Shown here in pieces: positions 9,716-19,730 of a stretch of 64,000 nucleotides of DNA (position 1 is the first letter of the stretch; each line of letters starts with the position of its first letter). The notes below the pieces were generated by a model that saw nothing but the letters and a program-made list of their open reading frames with translations, was not told the origin of the DNA and made no database searches. A program made the translations under genes and the position numbers. Source of the stretch: Planctomycetota bacterium (GTDB lineage Bacteria; Planctomycetota; B15-G4); the NCBI GenBank assembly GCA_038212275.1, contig JBBQUR010000005.1, forward strand, positions 160,001-224,000, written 5' to 3'.

Positions 9716-10483
9716 GTGAACATCGCCGACCTGCCGCCGGCCGCCGCGCCGCACGCGTCCCGGGAGTTGCACGCGCCGCGCGCGTTGCGTCGGCTGCGCG
9801 TGCCCGGTCTCGCGCTCTTCGCGCTCTTCGCGCTGCTCGCGGCGTGCAGCGCGACCTACGAACGCGGCTACTACGCGCCGGCCGGCGCGAAGCCCGGCGA
9901 CACGCTGGCCAGCCAGCAGCAGGCCAGCCCCGACATCGTCGTCGATCTGGCATGTCAGGGCAGCTTCGTGAATCGCGCGAGCGGTCAGCAGGTTGCCAGC
10001 GTGTACGTGCAGCTCGAGATCACGCGACCACGATCCGGAGAGTTGCGCCTGCGCCGCGATGAGGTCGTCGTCGATGTGCAACTGGCCGACGGCGGGCCGC
10101 GGCTGTCACTGAAACTGTCCGAGGCCTGGTCACGGCGCGACCTGCTGACCGGGGACCTCGTGGTGCCGGCGTGGTCGCTGCGGCCGTTCGACCTCTTCTT
10201 CGACTCGCCGCTGCTGGTCGGCGAACCGCCGCCCTCCAGCGTGCTGCTGCGCTGGGAGGGCGAGGCCGCCGGCGAGCCGATCGACGGGCAGTGCCTCTTC
10301 CAGCGGATTCCCGCGAACGACCGTCTCCTGCCGGACGCGACGCCCATCAAGGACATGTCCTTCGGCATGCGCAATGGCTACTACCTTCCCGGCTGGGAAC
10401 ACCTGGGCACGCGCGGCCTGCGCCCCTCCACGGAGGAGCGCCTTCACTACCTGTTCCACGACCCGGCCACCTGGCAATGGTGA
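9716..10483 (+). CDS. hypothetical lipoprotein
   Basis: Hydrophobic stretch ending in lipobox LLAAC; stop overlaps the next ATG. Start is uncertain. Confidence 0.6.
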   Translation: MNIADLPPAAAPHASRELHAPRALRRLRVPGLALFALFALLAACSATYERGYYAPAGAKPGDTLASQQQASPDIVVDLACQGSFVNRASGQQVASVYVQLEITRPRSGELRLRRDEVVVDVQLADGGPRLSLKLSEAWSRRDLLTGDLVVPAWSLRPFDLFFDSPLLVGEPPPSSVLLRWEGEAAGEPIDGQCLFQRIPANDRLLPDATPIKDMSFGMRNGYYLPGWEHLGTRGLRPSTEERLHYLFHDPATWQW

Positions 10484-12528
10484 CGGCGCTGCGCATCGTC
10501 GCGTGGGTCGTGCTCGCGCTCTGCGCGATCGTCGGCGGGGCGTGGCTCGTGGCGGACTACAAGGCGACGGCCTGGTGCGACGACGCGCTCGCAGCTCTGC
10601 ACCTCACCGGCATCATCACGGCGGAGCACGCGAGCCTGCCGGCGCCCGACACGGTGCACATCCGGGGCGCCCGCCTGCACGACGAGGTGACAGGACTGGA
10701 AGTCGGGCACGTGGACGACGTGGTGCTGCGCCTGGCGGTGCCCGGTCTCGATGGCGTGGCGTCCGTGACGCCGCTGCTCTTCACGGGCCGTGGCGGAGGC
10801 GTGCTGCTCTCCCTCGATGGCGACACGCTCGTTCTCGCGCGCGCGATCGAGCTCATGCTCGATCACATCTTCGAGTCGCTCGACCTGAACGACCAGCCGG
10901 CCGCGTCGGAGCCCGCGCCGACGGCGACTCCCTCCGGCGGACGCCAGTTCCTGCCGCCGATGGTGTTTCTCGACATCGAGATCACGCTGCGTTCGCCGGG
11001 CCTGCCCGACTGGGTGATCCCCGACTCCAGCGCCTTCCTGCAACTGCGTCCCGACGGCATCTTCTCGGTGGACATCGACGTCGGCCGCGATGGAGGGCAC
11101 GTGCTGCTCGAATTCGGCGAGCATGGATTGAACCGCCTGCAGACACGGCAGCTCGCGATCAATCCCGTCTTTGCGCTGTTCCTGCCCGCCGAGCGCGAGA
11201 TGCTGACGACTCAGGTGGCGCCGGAGGGCCTGCTCGATCTCGACGCGAGCGGCTTCGACCAGAGCTTTCCGCTGGCGAGCGGCGTGCTGCGCGAGGGCAC
11301 GCTGCGGCCGCCGTCGGTGCCGTTCCCCGTCACCGAGGTGACGCTGCCGTTCGAACTGCGCGACGACCACGTGCGCGTCACCGGGGCCAACCTCTCGTTC
11401 GACGGCGGCGCGGCCGAGGCGAGCTTCGACTACGGACCCGACAAGCTGGTCTGGGACCTCGATGTCGTGAACGCCGACTTCCAAGCCACCTACGTGGAGC
11501 TGCTGCCCGACGACCTCGACCTCTCGTGGGTCCGGGCCGACGACGGCGGCAACGTCGAATTGCACCTGCACGTGGAGACGACGCACGGCAACGAGACAGC
11601 CGCGTCGACCTCGACGCTGAGCGGCTGGGGCGGAATCCTCGTGAACCGGCTGTACTTCGGGCCCACTCAATTCGAGGTGGAGGACATGGTCAGCCGCTTC
11701 GACCTCAGCGACGGGAAGCTCATCTTCCAGAACGCCAGCGGTCACTGCGCCGCGGGCGTCCTCTCGATGAAGGGCAGCCTGGACCTGGACACCGGCGAGA
11801 TCGACGGCAGCGCGTCCGTCTTCGACGTGGACATCGCGCGCATGCGCCGCGCGCTGGACGCGGAGGCGCCGGCAGCCCTCGCGGATGCCGAGGATCCGAC
11901 CACGCGCTCCCTGAGCGGCTGGCTGCAGGGCGACGTGACCTACAAGGGCAGCATCGGCGACCCGAGGCTTGCCACGGGCCGCGGCCAGTTCTCCGTGCGC
12001 GGCGGCAGCCTCTGGCGCGTGCCGGTGCTCGACGCGATCCTCGATGCGCTGCGGATGGCGCCTCCCGGAGGCGACGAGCGCCAGCGGGTCGCGGTCGCCT
12101 TCGACATCGACGGCCGGCGCTACATCGTGCGCGTGTTCAAGCTCGAGTCGCAATTCCTCTCGCTCGTCGGCGATGGCAAGGTCAATCGCGATGGCACGCT
12201 CGAGATCGACATCGTGCCGATCAAGGTGCCGCTGGGATACGTCGGCGACCTCATCGAGTACATCCAGTCGCAGGTGGTGAGGATCGAGCTGCGCGGCACG
12301 ATGACGGATCCGAAGGTCAGCGTCGTGCCGGTGCAGGTGGTCACGAAGAACGTCGGCCGATTCTGGGACTGGCTCGGCGGCATGTTCAGCTCGGAGCCGG
12401 AACCGGCGAGCCCGCCGTTCGAGCCGCTGCCGCCGCTGCACGAGGAGCCCGCGAGCGACGCGCCTGCCCCGGAGCCGCCTGCGGGCGATGCGAGTCCGGC
12501 GCCTGACGGCGCGTCCGCCGCGCACTGA
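10477..12528 (+). CDS. AsmA-like (repeated beta-groove) envelope protein
   Basis: N-terminal TM helix, beta-rich body, AsmA-like C-terminus (LSLVGDGKV...IELRGTMTDPKV) and Pro-rich tail. Confidence 0.7.
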   Translation: MVTALRIVAWVVLALCAIVGGAWLVADYKATAWCDDALAALHLTGIITAEHASLPAPDTVHIRGARLHDEVTGLEVGHVDDVVLRLAVPGLDGVASVTPLLFTGRGGGVLLSLDGDTLVLARAIELMLDHIFESLDLNDQPAASEPAPTATPSGGRQFLPPMVFLDIEITLRSPGLPDWVIPDSSAFLQLRPDGIFSVDIDVGRDGGHVLLEFGEHGLNRLQTRQLAINPVFALFLPAEREMLTTQVAPEGLLDLDASGFDQSFPLASGVLREGTLRPPSVPFPVTEVTLPFELRDDHVRVTGANLSFDGGAAEASFDYGPDKLVWDLDVVNADFQATYVELLPDDLDLSWVRADDGGNVELHLHVETTHGNETAASTSTLSGWGGILVNRLYFGPTQFEVEDMVSRFDLSDGKLIFQNASGHCAAGVLSMKGSLDLDTGEIDGSASVFDVDIARMRRALDAEAPAALADAEDPTTRSLSGWLQGDVTYKGSIGDPRLATGRGQFSVRGGSLWRVPVLDAILDALRMAPPGGDERQRVAVAFDIDGRRYIVRVFKLESQFLSLVGDGKVNRDGTLEIDIVPIKVPLGYVGDLIEYIQSQVVRIELRGTMTDPKVSVVPVQVVTKNVGRFWDWLGGMFSSEPEPASPPFEPLPPLHEEPASDAPAPEPPAGDASPAPDGASAAH

Positions 12529-12544
12529 CCGCAGCCGGCGGCGT

Positions 12545-13945
12545 TCAGGCCCGGACGGCGGCCCGCCCGGCGACGAGCTCGGTCATCAGGCTCTCGTAGC
12601 GGCCCGCCGACTGGCTCCAGCTCACGTCCACCGCCATGCCGCGGCGCATCAGGGCGGGGGCGCGGCCGTCCTGCACGGCCTTCAGGCCGCGGAAGATCGC
12701 GGAGAAGAGCGCGGCCGGCGTGGGCCGGTCGAACTGGAAGCCGAAGCCCGTGTCGGGGTGCTCGTCCGCGTCGATGACCGTGTCGGCGAGGCCGCCGGTG
12801 CGGCGCACCACGGGCAGCGTGCCGTAGTGCATGCCGATGAGCTGGATGAGCCCGCACGGCTCGAAGCGCGAGGGCATGAGCACGAGGTCGCAGCCCGCCA
12901 TGATGCGGTGCGCGAGGCCCTCGTCGAAGCCGATGCGCACGCCGACGTGGCGGCCCGACACGGCGCGGAAGCTGGCCTCGATGCGCGCGTCGCCCTGGCC
13001 GAGCACCGCGAGATCCGCGAGCGCCGTGACCTCCGGCATGATCGCGCGCAGCAGGTCGAAGCCCTTCTGCTCCGTGAGCCGGCTGACGATGCCGATGAGC
13101 GGGCGGCGCGCGTCCTGCACCAGCGACATCTCGCGCAGCAGCGCCGTGCGGCAGGCGTCCTTGCCGGCCAGTTCCCGGTCGCCGTACTGCGCGGCGAGGT
13201 AGGGATCGTTGGCCGGGTTCCACGTGCGCGTGTCGATGCCGTTGACGATGCCGTGAAGCGTGTCGCCCCGGTCGCGCACCTGGGTCTGCAGGCCGCACCC
13301 ATGCTCGGTGTCGCGGATCTCGTGGGCGTAGGTCGGGCTCACTGCCACGACGGCGTCTGCGGAGATGAGCGCGCCCTTGAGCGAGTTCGCGCGGCCGTAC
13401 CAGTCGAGCCGGTCGCGGCTCTCGGTGGGGAGGTGCGCGGCCGCCAGGTCCTTCCACGCGTGGATGCCCTGGTAGGCCATGTTGTGGATGGTGAGCAGCA
13501 CGGGCGGACCGTTCCTGCCCAGCAGCATCGACGCGGTGAGCGCCGCATGGTGGTCGTGGAGCTGCAGCACGTCGCAGCGCGGTGCGAGCCAGTCGGCGGC
13601 CACGCGCGACAGCAGCGCGTAGCGATAGGCCTCGTCGCGCGCATCGGCGTCGTCGTAGGGCCCGCGGCCGGCGACGAGCGGATCGTCGATGAGGACGACG
13701 TGCAGCTTGCCGATGCGACCGCGCCGCAGGGGCACGCGGCGCTGCATGCCGTCGAAGAAGACGGAGGCCGCGTCGTCCTGGAAGCCGGCGAGCTGGTCGA
13801 TGCGCATGCTCGAGTAGCCGGGCAGCAGCACGGTGACCTCGTGGCCGCGCGCGGCCAGCTCCGCGGAGAGCGCGCTGGCCACGTCGCCGAGTCCGCCGAC
13901 CTTGGCCAGCGGGGCCATTTCGGCCGTGACGACACCGATCTTCAT
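12545..13945 (-). CDS. glgA: glycogen synthase
   Basis: KVGGLGDV, TIHNMAYQG, VSPTYA, GIVNGID, SRLTEQKG, MPSRFEPCGL and RTGGLADTV motifs. Confidence 0.95.
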   Translation of the reverse strand: MKIGVVTAEMAPLAKVGGLGDVASALSAELAARGHEVTVLLPGYSSMRIDQLAGFQDDAASVFFDGMQRRVPLRRGRIGKLHVVLIDDPLVAGRGPYDDADARDEAYRYALLSRVAADWLAPRCDVLQLHDHHAALTASMLLGRNGPPVLLTIHNMAYQGIHAWKDLAAAHLPTESRDRLDWYGRANSLKGALISADAVVAVSPTYAHEIRDTEHGCGLQTQVRDRGDTLHGIVNGIDTRTWNPANDPYLAAQYGDRELAGKDACRTALLREMSLVQDARRPLIGIVSRLTEQKGFDLLRAIMPEVTALADLAVLGQGDARIEASFRAVSGRHVGVRIGFDEGLAHRIMAGCDLVLMPSRFEPCGLIQLIGMHYGTLPVVRRTGGLADTVIDADEHPDTGFGFQFDRPTPAALFSAIFRGLKAVQDGRAPALMRRGMAVDVSWSQSAGRYESLMTELVAGRAAVRA

Positions 13946-14087
13946 GCCGCGTTCCTCGTCCGGCTGCCGATGCCGCGGGGAGCGCTTGCCCTCAGCGGCC
14001 GTCCTCGCGAGCGGGCCCGGAAGAACGCATCGAAGCACAGGCCCGGGGACGCGTCAATCCGCGCGCGAGGGCGTGCTGCTCCGCAGC

Positions 14088-14390
14088 TCAGAGGCTGCCG
14101 TCGCGCATCAGTGCAAGCGCGCGCGCGACGCCGACGGCATGCGCCGGATCGATCAACTCGTCCAGCAGGTCGCCCGCGCACGGCGGCCGGGAGCCCGTCC
14201 ACGGCGCGAGCGCCAGCGCGGTCATGTCGCCGTGCCGCGCCGGATGGGCCACCATCATGACGCGACGACTGTGCTGCTCGAAGATGGCGTACAGGCGATG
14301 CCCGTCGGAGAGCTGCACGCCGGCCGAGATGGCGAATCCGAGGGTCGCCAGCGGGTTGATCAGCCCCCTGGTGATGGTGGCGGCGGTCAT
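14088..14390 (-). CDS. hypothetical protein (100 aa)
   Basis: Protein-like composition in an otherwise empty interval, AAGGA upstream of ATG; no family recognised. Confidence 0.4.
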   Translation of the reverse strand: MTAATITRGLINPLATLGFAISAGVQLSDGHRLYAIFEQHSRRVMMVAHPARHGDMTALALAPWTGSRPPCAGDLLDELIDPAHAVGVARALALMRDGSL

Positions 14391-14590
14391 GTCGGCTGTC
14401 CTTGAACGGGCCCTGCGGGATGCAAGGCGCGGCCCGGACGGGGCGCGGAATTGGGCCCTGACAGGGTGCCTGCGCTGCATCCGGCCGGCACTCGCGCTGG
14501 CAGTTCGGACCGTTTTGCCTTACAATCATCGGGATCGCGCACGGCTGACAAAAGTCGTCTTCGCGAACCGGTCCAGCGCTGGAGAATCAC

Positions 14591-15007
14591 ATGGCCAAGC
14601 CGCGCAACTTTCTCTTCGTCTGCAAGGGAAACGATGCCCGCAGCCAGATGGCCGAAGGTTTCGCCCGGGCGCTCGCGACGGGCACCGTGAACGTCTACAG
14701 CGCCGGCGTCCAGCCCCGCGGCCTCAATCAGCATGCGATCGACGTGATGGCCGAGCTCGGCATCGACATCACCTGCCAGGTGCCGCACGACTTCAAGAGC
14801 ATCCCGGTCACCAAGATCGACACGATCATCACGCTCAGCTCGGATGCCGATCCGCTGCCCAAGCTGGCCACGCGCAAGATCACGCAGATTCACTGGCCGC
14901 TGAACGACCCGACCACCGCCACCGGCAGCGATGCCGAGGTCAAGAAGGCCTTCCGCGCCGTCCGCGACGAGATCCGCAACCGCGTCCAGGTGCTGCTCGT
15001 CGGCTGA
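14591..15007 (+). CDS. LMW protein-tyrosine phosphatase / ArsC-like protein
   Basis: P-loop CKGNDARSQMAEGF, YSAG and HWPLNDP motifs; GGAGA SD. Lacks the downstream resolving Cys pair. Confidence 0.88.
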   Translation: MAKPRNFLFVCKGNDARSQMAEGFARALATGTVNVYSAGVQPRGLNQHAIDVMAELGIDITCQVPHDFKSIPVTKIDTIITLSSDADPLPKLATRKITQIHWPLNDPTTATGSDAEVKKAFRAVRDEIRNRVQVLLVG

Positions 15008-15008
15008 G

Positions 15009-15635
15009 TCAGTGCGGCGCGGCGCCCTGCGCCTCCAGAGCCGCCCGCGCGGCGGCCAGGTCCTCGGGCGTGTCCAGGTCGCGCACGAGCCACGCGTTGT
15101 CGCTCGGCACGGCCAGCACGCGCGAGGGGTCGCTGCGGACGACGCGATGGCCCGGCTCGTCGGCGCCCAATGCGAGGAACTCGGCGGCCAGCTCCCGCTC
15201 GAAGAGCGCCGGGTGCCCGCGGCGGCCGTCGACGACCGGCACGGCGATGCGCTGTCCGGCGGCGCGGCGCGCGAAGGCTGCGAGCAGCGCCGCCAGGTCC
15301 TCGGCGCGCAGCAGCGGGTGATCGACGGTGTGCAGCGCGAAGCATGCGCCCGCGCCCGGACCCGCGGCGAGCCCGGCGCGGATCGAGCTGGTCTGCCCGC
15401 GATCGGGGTCCGGGTTGAGGACGATCTCCACGCCGGCCAGCGCGTCGGCCGGCAGCCTCGCGCGCGCCTCCTCGGCGCCGTGGCCGAGCACCACGCGCAG
15501 CTCGTCGGCGCCGCCCGCACGCAGCGCGGCCAGGCAGCACTCCAGCGCGGTGCGCCCGCCGAGGTCGAGCAGCGCCTTGGGCGTTCCCATGCGCCGTCCA
15601 CGACCGGCAGCGAGCAGCAGCGCGAGCATCGTCAC
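15009..15635 (-). CDS. MocA/MobA-like NTP transferase (molybdenum cofactor cytidylyltransferase family)
   Basis: LAAGRGRRMGTPKALL, NPDPDRGQTSSI, GHPALF and DLDTPED motifs; GGAGG SD. Confidence 0.88.
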   Translation of the reverse strand: MTMLALLLAAGRGRRMGTPKALLDLGGRTALECCLAALRAGGADELRVVLGHGAEEARARLPADALAGVEIVLNPDPDRGQTSSIRAGLAAGPGAGACFALHTVDHPLLRAEDLAALLAAFARRAAGQRIAVPVVDGRRGHPALFERELAAEFLALGADEPGHRVVRSDPSRVLAVPSDNAWLVRDLDTPEDLAAARAALEAQGAAPH

Positions 15636-15663
15636 GTCCTCCGCGGGGGGCTCGGCGCCGGGT

Positions 15664-17367
15664 TCAGGCCGTCTCGAGCAGTGCGCGCGGACTCAGGCTC
15701 AGCGTGCGCAGGCGACGGGTGTTCACGATGACCATGACCAGCGCGACGAGCGCGAGGCCCACGACGATCCAGGGCTTGTCCTCGAGCATGACATGCACGA
15801 AGACCATGATGCCGATGACCGGCGTCACCATGAGAAGCATCGCGAAGTTCGATCCGGACTGGCTGGTGCGGAAGGTGCGCGTGAACGGCAGCGCGTCGGC
15901 CGACAGGCTGCGCGCGATCCAGAGCGTGACCGCCAGCACGCTCAGCGTGGAAAAGGCCATGTCCTCGATGCGCAGGCCGCCGAAAAACAACCCGGTGCAG
16001 AGGTAGAGCGCCAGATACCACGGCAGCAGGAAGGCGAAGCACAGCGCCTTGACCGCACCGCAGACCAGCATCCCGTACTGCTCCACCGGTGCGACGGAGT
16101 AGATCCACGCGGCCGCGGGCGTGTCGCTGAAGCGGATGATGTGCAGGATCGAGAGCGAGTACACGACAGGCAGGTAGGCGCACATCAGCGCGCCCTGCTG
16201 CGAGCCGTCGCCGTGGCGCGCCGAGGTCCCGAAGTAGGCCATCATGATCACGGGCATGGCGAGCATCGGGTAGACGCGCTGGCGGAATTGCCGTTCGCGC
16301 GCGGCGAGGCCGAGAAACAGGTCGAAGCCCGCGCGCTCGAGGCCCGGGCGCGCGAGCCTGCGGCCGAGCCGACGCAGCGGGCCGGGGCGGTCGGAGACAG
16401 GCGGGCCGCCGCCTTCATCCATCGCCGCCAGGCGCTGCAGCAGGTTGCTGCCTGCGAGGCGCAGCACCGCCAGCCCGAGCAGTGCAGGCACCGCGAGCGC
16501 CAGTGCCATCAGGCCGAGGTGCAGCGTGGACGGTTCCGGCGCCGTCGCGGTGGCGAGCGCTGCGAACCAGTACGGCGGAAGCAGCAGCTGCGCCATGTGC
16601 TCGCCCCGCAGCCACTCGCTCACGCTGGGCGACTGCAGCAGCCCGATGAGCAGGTAGTAGCCGCCGAAGGTGACGAGGCTGGCGGCGATCTGCGCGAAGA
16701 GCACCGCGTTGCGCACGCGCTCGGGATGCGTGACCCGCAGCAGCAGCGCGAACACGGCGGTGATCGCGAGCAGCGTGGTGAGCGCCGCGAGGCCAGCCGC
16801 CGCCGCGAACAGCGGCAGCCACGTCGCTGCCGGGAAGAGGAAGGCGCCGACGATCCAGGTGGGAGAGGCGAAACTCGCCGCGATCAGGCCCGTGTAGAGC
16901 AGCGCATGCCCCGTGCGCGCCAGCAGCAGCGTGCGCGGCGAGACCGGCAGCGCGCCGAGGATGGTCACGTCCGCCGGCGCGAGCAGCAGGTCCACCAGGT
17001 CCGTGACGAGCGCCATGCCGAGCAGGACGAACAGCATCGCGCAGGCCAGCGCCGTGAGCGCCCGCGCGTCGTGCAGCTGCATGCCGAACAGGGCGAGGAG
17101 CCAGCCGAAGACGTGGTTCAGTCCGCAGGTCAGCGCCAGGCCGCTGGCGGAGACCTTGTTGGGGTTCTTGAGCCCGCCGACGCGCAGGTCGAGGCGCAGC
17201 TTCACGCGCAGGATCGCGAGGAAGGCCGTGCGATCCGCGCCCATCCACCCGGCCACGACGGCCAGCGGTTCGGACAGCGCGCACAGCACCCGCAGCGGCC
17301 TGCCGTCCGGCCGCACGGTGTCCGAGGGAGGCTCGTTCGCCCGCCGGCTGCCGAACAGCGCGCTCAC
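15664..17367 (-). CDS. multi-pass membrane protein, putative ABC exporter permease
   Basis: About 12 hydrophobic segments and an LPVSPRTLLLAR motif; coupled (GTGA overlap) to the upstream ABC ATPase. Confidence 0.75.
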   Translation of the reverse strand: MSALFGSRRANEPPSDTVRPDGRPLRVLCALSEPLAVVAGWMGADRTAFLAILRVKLRLDLRVGGLKNPNKVSASGLALTCGLNHVFGWLLALFGMQLHDARALTALACAMLFVLLGMALVTDLVDLLLAPADVTILGALPVSPRTLLLARTGHALLYTGLIAASFASPTWIVGAFLFPAATWLPLFAAAAGLAALTTLLAITAVFALLLRVTHPERVRNAVLFAQIAASLVTFGGYYLLIGLLQSPSVSEWLRGEHMAQLLLPPYWFAALATATAPEPSTLHLGLMALALAVPALLGLAVLRLAGSNLLQRLAAMDEGGGPPVSDRPGPLRRLGRRLARPGLERAGFDLFLGLAARERQFRQRVYPMLAMPVIMMAYFGTSARHGDGSQQGALMCAYLPVVYSLSILHIIRFSDTPAAAWIYSVAPVEQYGMLVCGAVKALCFAFLLPWYLALYLCTGLFFGGLRIEDMAFSTLSVLAVTLWIARSLSADALPFTRTFRTSQSGSNFAMLLMVTPVIGIMVFVHVMLEDKPWIVVGLALVALVMVIVNTRRLRTLSLSPRALLETA

Positions 17368-18173
17368 GAGGCCGCGCTCCGGCCGTCGTCCATGGCCTGC
17401 AGGATGCGGTCCACCGCCGCGGCCTCGCCGCCCGAGCCGGTCAGCTCGGCGAAGATCGCCTCGAGCGAGCCGCCGTGGCGCGCGGCCGAGAGCTCCTCGA
17501 AGGAACCGTTCGCGACGATGCGGCCGTCGGCGAGGATCGCGATGCGGTCGCAGACGCGCTCCACGACGTCCATCATGTGCGAGCAGTAGAAGACCGTGCG
17601 GCCGCGATCCGCGAGCGAGCGGATGAGCGTCTTGACGAGGATCGTCGCCGCCACGTCGAGCCCGGAGAGCGGCTCGTCGAGGAACACGATCTCCGGCGCG
17701 TGCAGCAGCGCCGAGGACAGCAGGATCTTCTGGCGCATGCCCTTGGAGAGCGAGCCGAGGCGCGAGCCGAAGCGTCCGTCCAGCCCGAAGGCCGAGAGAT
17801 ATTCGTGCGCGCGGTGCAGCGCCAGCTCGTCGGACAGGCCGTGCAGGCGGCCGACGAGCTCGAAGAACTCGCGCGCCGAGAGCGCGTCGTACAGCTGCGC
17901 GTTCTCCGGCACGTAGCCGATGCGGCGCTTGACCTCCAGCGGCTGGCGGCGCACGTCCAGGCCGCAGACGCGCACGTCGCCTTCGAAGTCGCCGAGCAAG
18001 CCGGTGAGGATGCGGATGGTCGTGCTCTTGCCCGCGCCGTTCGCGCCGAGGTAGCCGAGCACCTGGCCGGGCCGCACGTCGAGGTCGATGCCGCGCAGCA
18101 CCTCGCGTCCGGCGAACTGCTTGCGCAGGCCGCGCACCTCGACCGAGGACGCGACGCTGTCGGGATGTTCCAA
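17364..18173 (-). CDS. ABC transporter ATP-binding protein
   Basis: GANGAGKST, LSKGMRQK, FLDEP and SH motifs. Start placed at TTG 18173 (GGAGG SD); ATG 18197 is an alternative. Confidence 0.92.
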   Translation of the reverse strand: MEHPDSVASSVEVRGLRKQFAGREVLRGIDLDVRPGQVLGYLGANGAGKSTTIRILTGLLGDFEGDVRVCGLDVRRQPLEVKRRIGYVPENAQLYDALSAREFFELVGRLHGLSDELALHRAHEYLSAFGLDGRFGSRLGSLSKGMRQKILLSSALLHAPEIVFLDEPLSGLDVAATILVKTLIRSLADRGRTVFYCSHMMDVVERVCDRIAILADGRIVANGSFEELSAARHGGSLEAIFAELTGSGGEAAAVDRILQAMDDGRSAAS

Positions 18174-18281
18174 GCCGGGTTCCTCCGAGGGGTGCATGGT
18201 ACCGGGCGGAGGCGCGCGCCCGGGCCGCCGGCTGTGGCAGACTCGCGCCTGCATGCCAACCCGCGGCGAAGCGTCGTCTCC

Positions 18282-19730
18282 ATGAGTCTCTCGCGCCGCG
18301 TCAGCCTCAACACGGCCGGGCAGATCGGGGGGCGCCTCTACAGCTCCGCGCTGGCCTTCGTGATCACCGCGCTGCTGCTGCCGCGCTGGCTGGGCGAGCA
18401 CGACTTCGGCGTGTTCGCCTTTCACCTCACGCTCTACCAGCTGCTCAACAACGTGCTCGATTTCGGCGCGGGCACGATCGTCGTGCGCGAGGCGAGCCGC
18501 GACCGCACGCGTGCCGGCCGGCTCATCGGCATGCTCATCGAGCTCAAGGCGCTCTTCGCGGCAGCGGGCGTCGTGCTGCTGGTCGGCTTCGCCCTCGGCT
18601 TCGAAGGCGCGGGGCTGCGCGGTCTGCTGCTGAGCCTCGCCGCCCTGCACCTGCTGGCGTACGCGCCCTCGGGCGCCGCGGCGATCTTCGCCGTGGACAT
18701 GGCCTTTTTCCGCTCGATCCTCGCGGGTGCGACCGGCCAGACGGTCTGGCTGCTGGGCACCGTGTCGCTGCTGGTCGCCGACGTGCGCGAGCCTGCCGGC
18801 TACCTGCTCGCCTTCGGCGCCGGCGTCGTGGTCAACGGCGTGCTGTGCTACGTGTGGGCGCGCCGTCGCGTGGACATCGTCTTCGAGGCAACGGGGGCCG
18901 AACGCCGCGTGCTCTGGAACGAGGCCTGGCCGGCGGGCGTGTCCATGGCGATGGCCTCGGTCTACTTCTACGTGGACGCGATCATGCTGCGCCCGATGCT
19001 CGGCGCGGAAGCCGTCGCGCACTACAGCGCGGCTTACCGCCTCATGATCTTCGTGCTCATGGTGCCGGTGTTGTTCAGTCAGGTCGTGTTCCCCGTCTTC
19101 TCGCGCCTCTGGGGCGGCGGCGCGCCGCGACTCGCGCCGTTCTTCCAGCGCACGCTGCAATTCCTCGGTTCGCTCGGCGTGCTGTTTCCCGCGCTCGTGT
19201 GGCTGGTCTCGCGCGACCTGCTGCGCCTGATCTATCCGCCCGGATACGAGGTGGCCGCGCGCACGCTCACCGTCCTCTCGCTGGCGATCGCACTGGTGTT
19301 CGTCACGTATCCGCACGTGCTCACGCTGCTCGCCTCGGGCCACCAGCGGCTCATGATGCGCATCTCGATCGCGGGCGCGGCGCTGAACATCGTGCTGAAT
19401 CTGCTGGCCATTCCGTCGCTTGGCATCGAAGGCGCCGCCTGGACCACCGTGGCCACCGAAGCCTTCGTCTTCGTGAGCGCGGCCCTCTGCGTGCGCCGCC
19501 GGACCGGGCTGCAGCTCCGCGTGCGGCCGCTGCTGCGTGCACTCGTCTGCGCGGTGCTTGCGGCGGGCACGCTGGCCCTGCTGCTCGCGCAGATCGATCC
19601 GGAGCGCTTCGCGCTGCGCGTGCTGGCCGGTCTCGTCGTCGGCGCGGTGGCCGCGTTCGCCACGGGCGTGCTGCCGCCTCGCCTCGGCACCGACGACGGG
19701 CTCGGCGCCGTGCCGGAAGGCGCGCCATGA
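18282..19730 (+). CDS. oligosaccharide flippase (Wzx/PST, MOP superfamily)
   Basis: About 12-14 TM segments; RWLGEHDFG, DFGAGTIVVRE, YSAAYRL and NLLAIPSLGIEGAAWTT motifs. Confidence 0.88.
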   Translation: MSLSRRVSLNTAGQIGGRLYSSALAFVITALLLPRWLGEHDFGVFAFHLTLYQLLNNVLDFGAGTIVVREASRDRTRAGRLIGMLIELKALFAAAGVVLLVGFALGFEGAGLRGLLLSLAALHLLAYAPSGAAAIFAVDMAFFRSILAGATGQTVWLLGTVSLLVADVREPAGYLLAFGAGVVVNGVLCYVWARRRVDIVFEATGAERRVLWNEAWPAGVSMAMASVYFYVDAIMLRPMLGAEAVAHYSAAYRLMIFVLMVPVLFSQVVFPVFSRLWGGGAPRLAPFFQRTLQFLGSLGVLFPALVWLVSRDLLRLIYPPGYEVAARTLTVLSLAIALVFVTYPHVLTLLASGHQRLMMRISIAGAALNIVLNLLAIPSLGIEGAAWTTVATEAFVFVSAALCVRRRTGLQLRVRPLLRALVCAVLAAGTLALLLAQIDPERFALRVLAGLVVGAVAAFATGVLPPRLGTDDGLGAVPEGAP

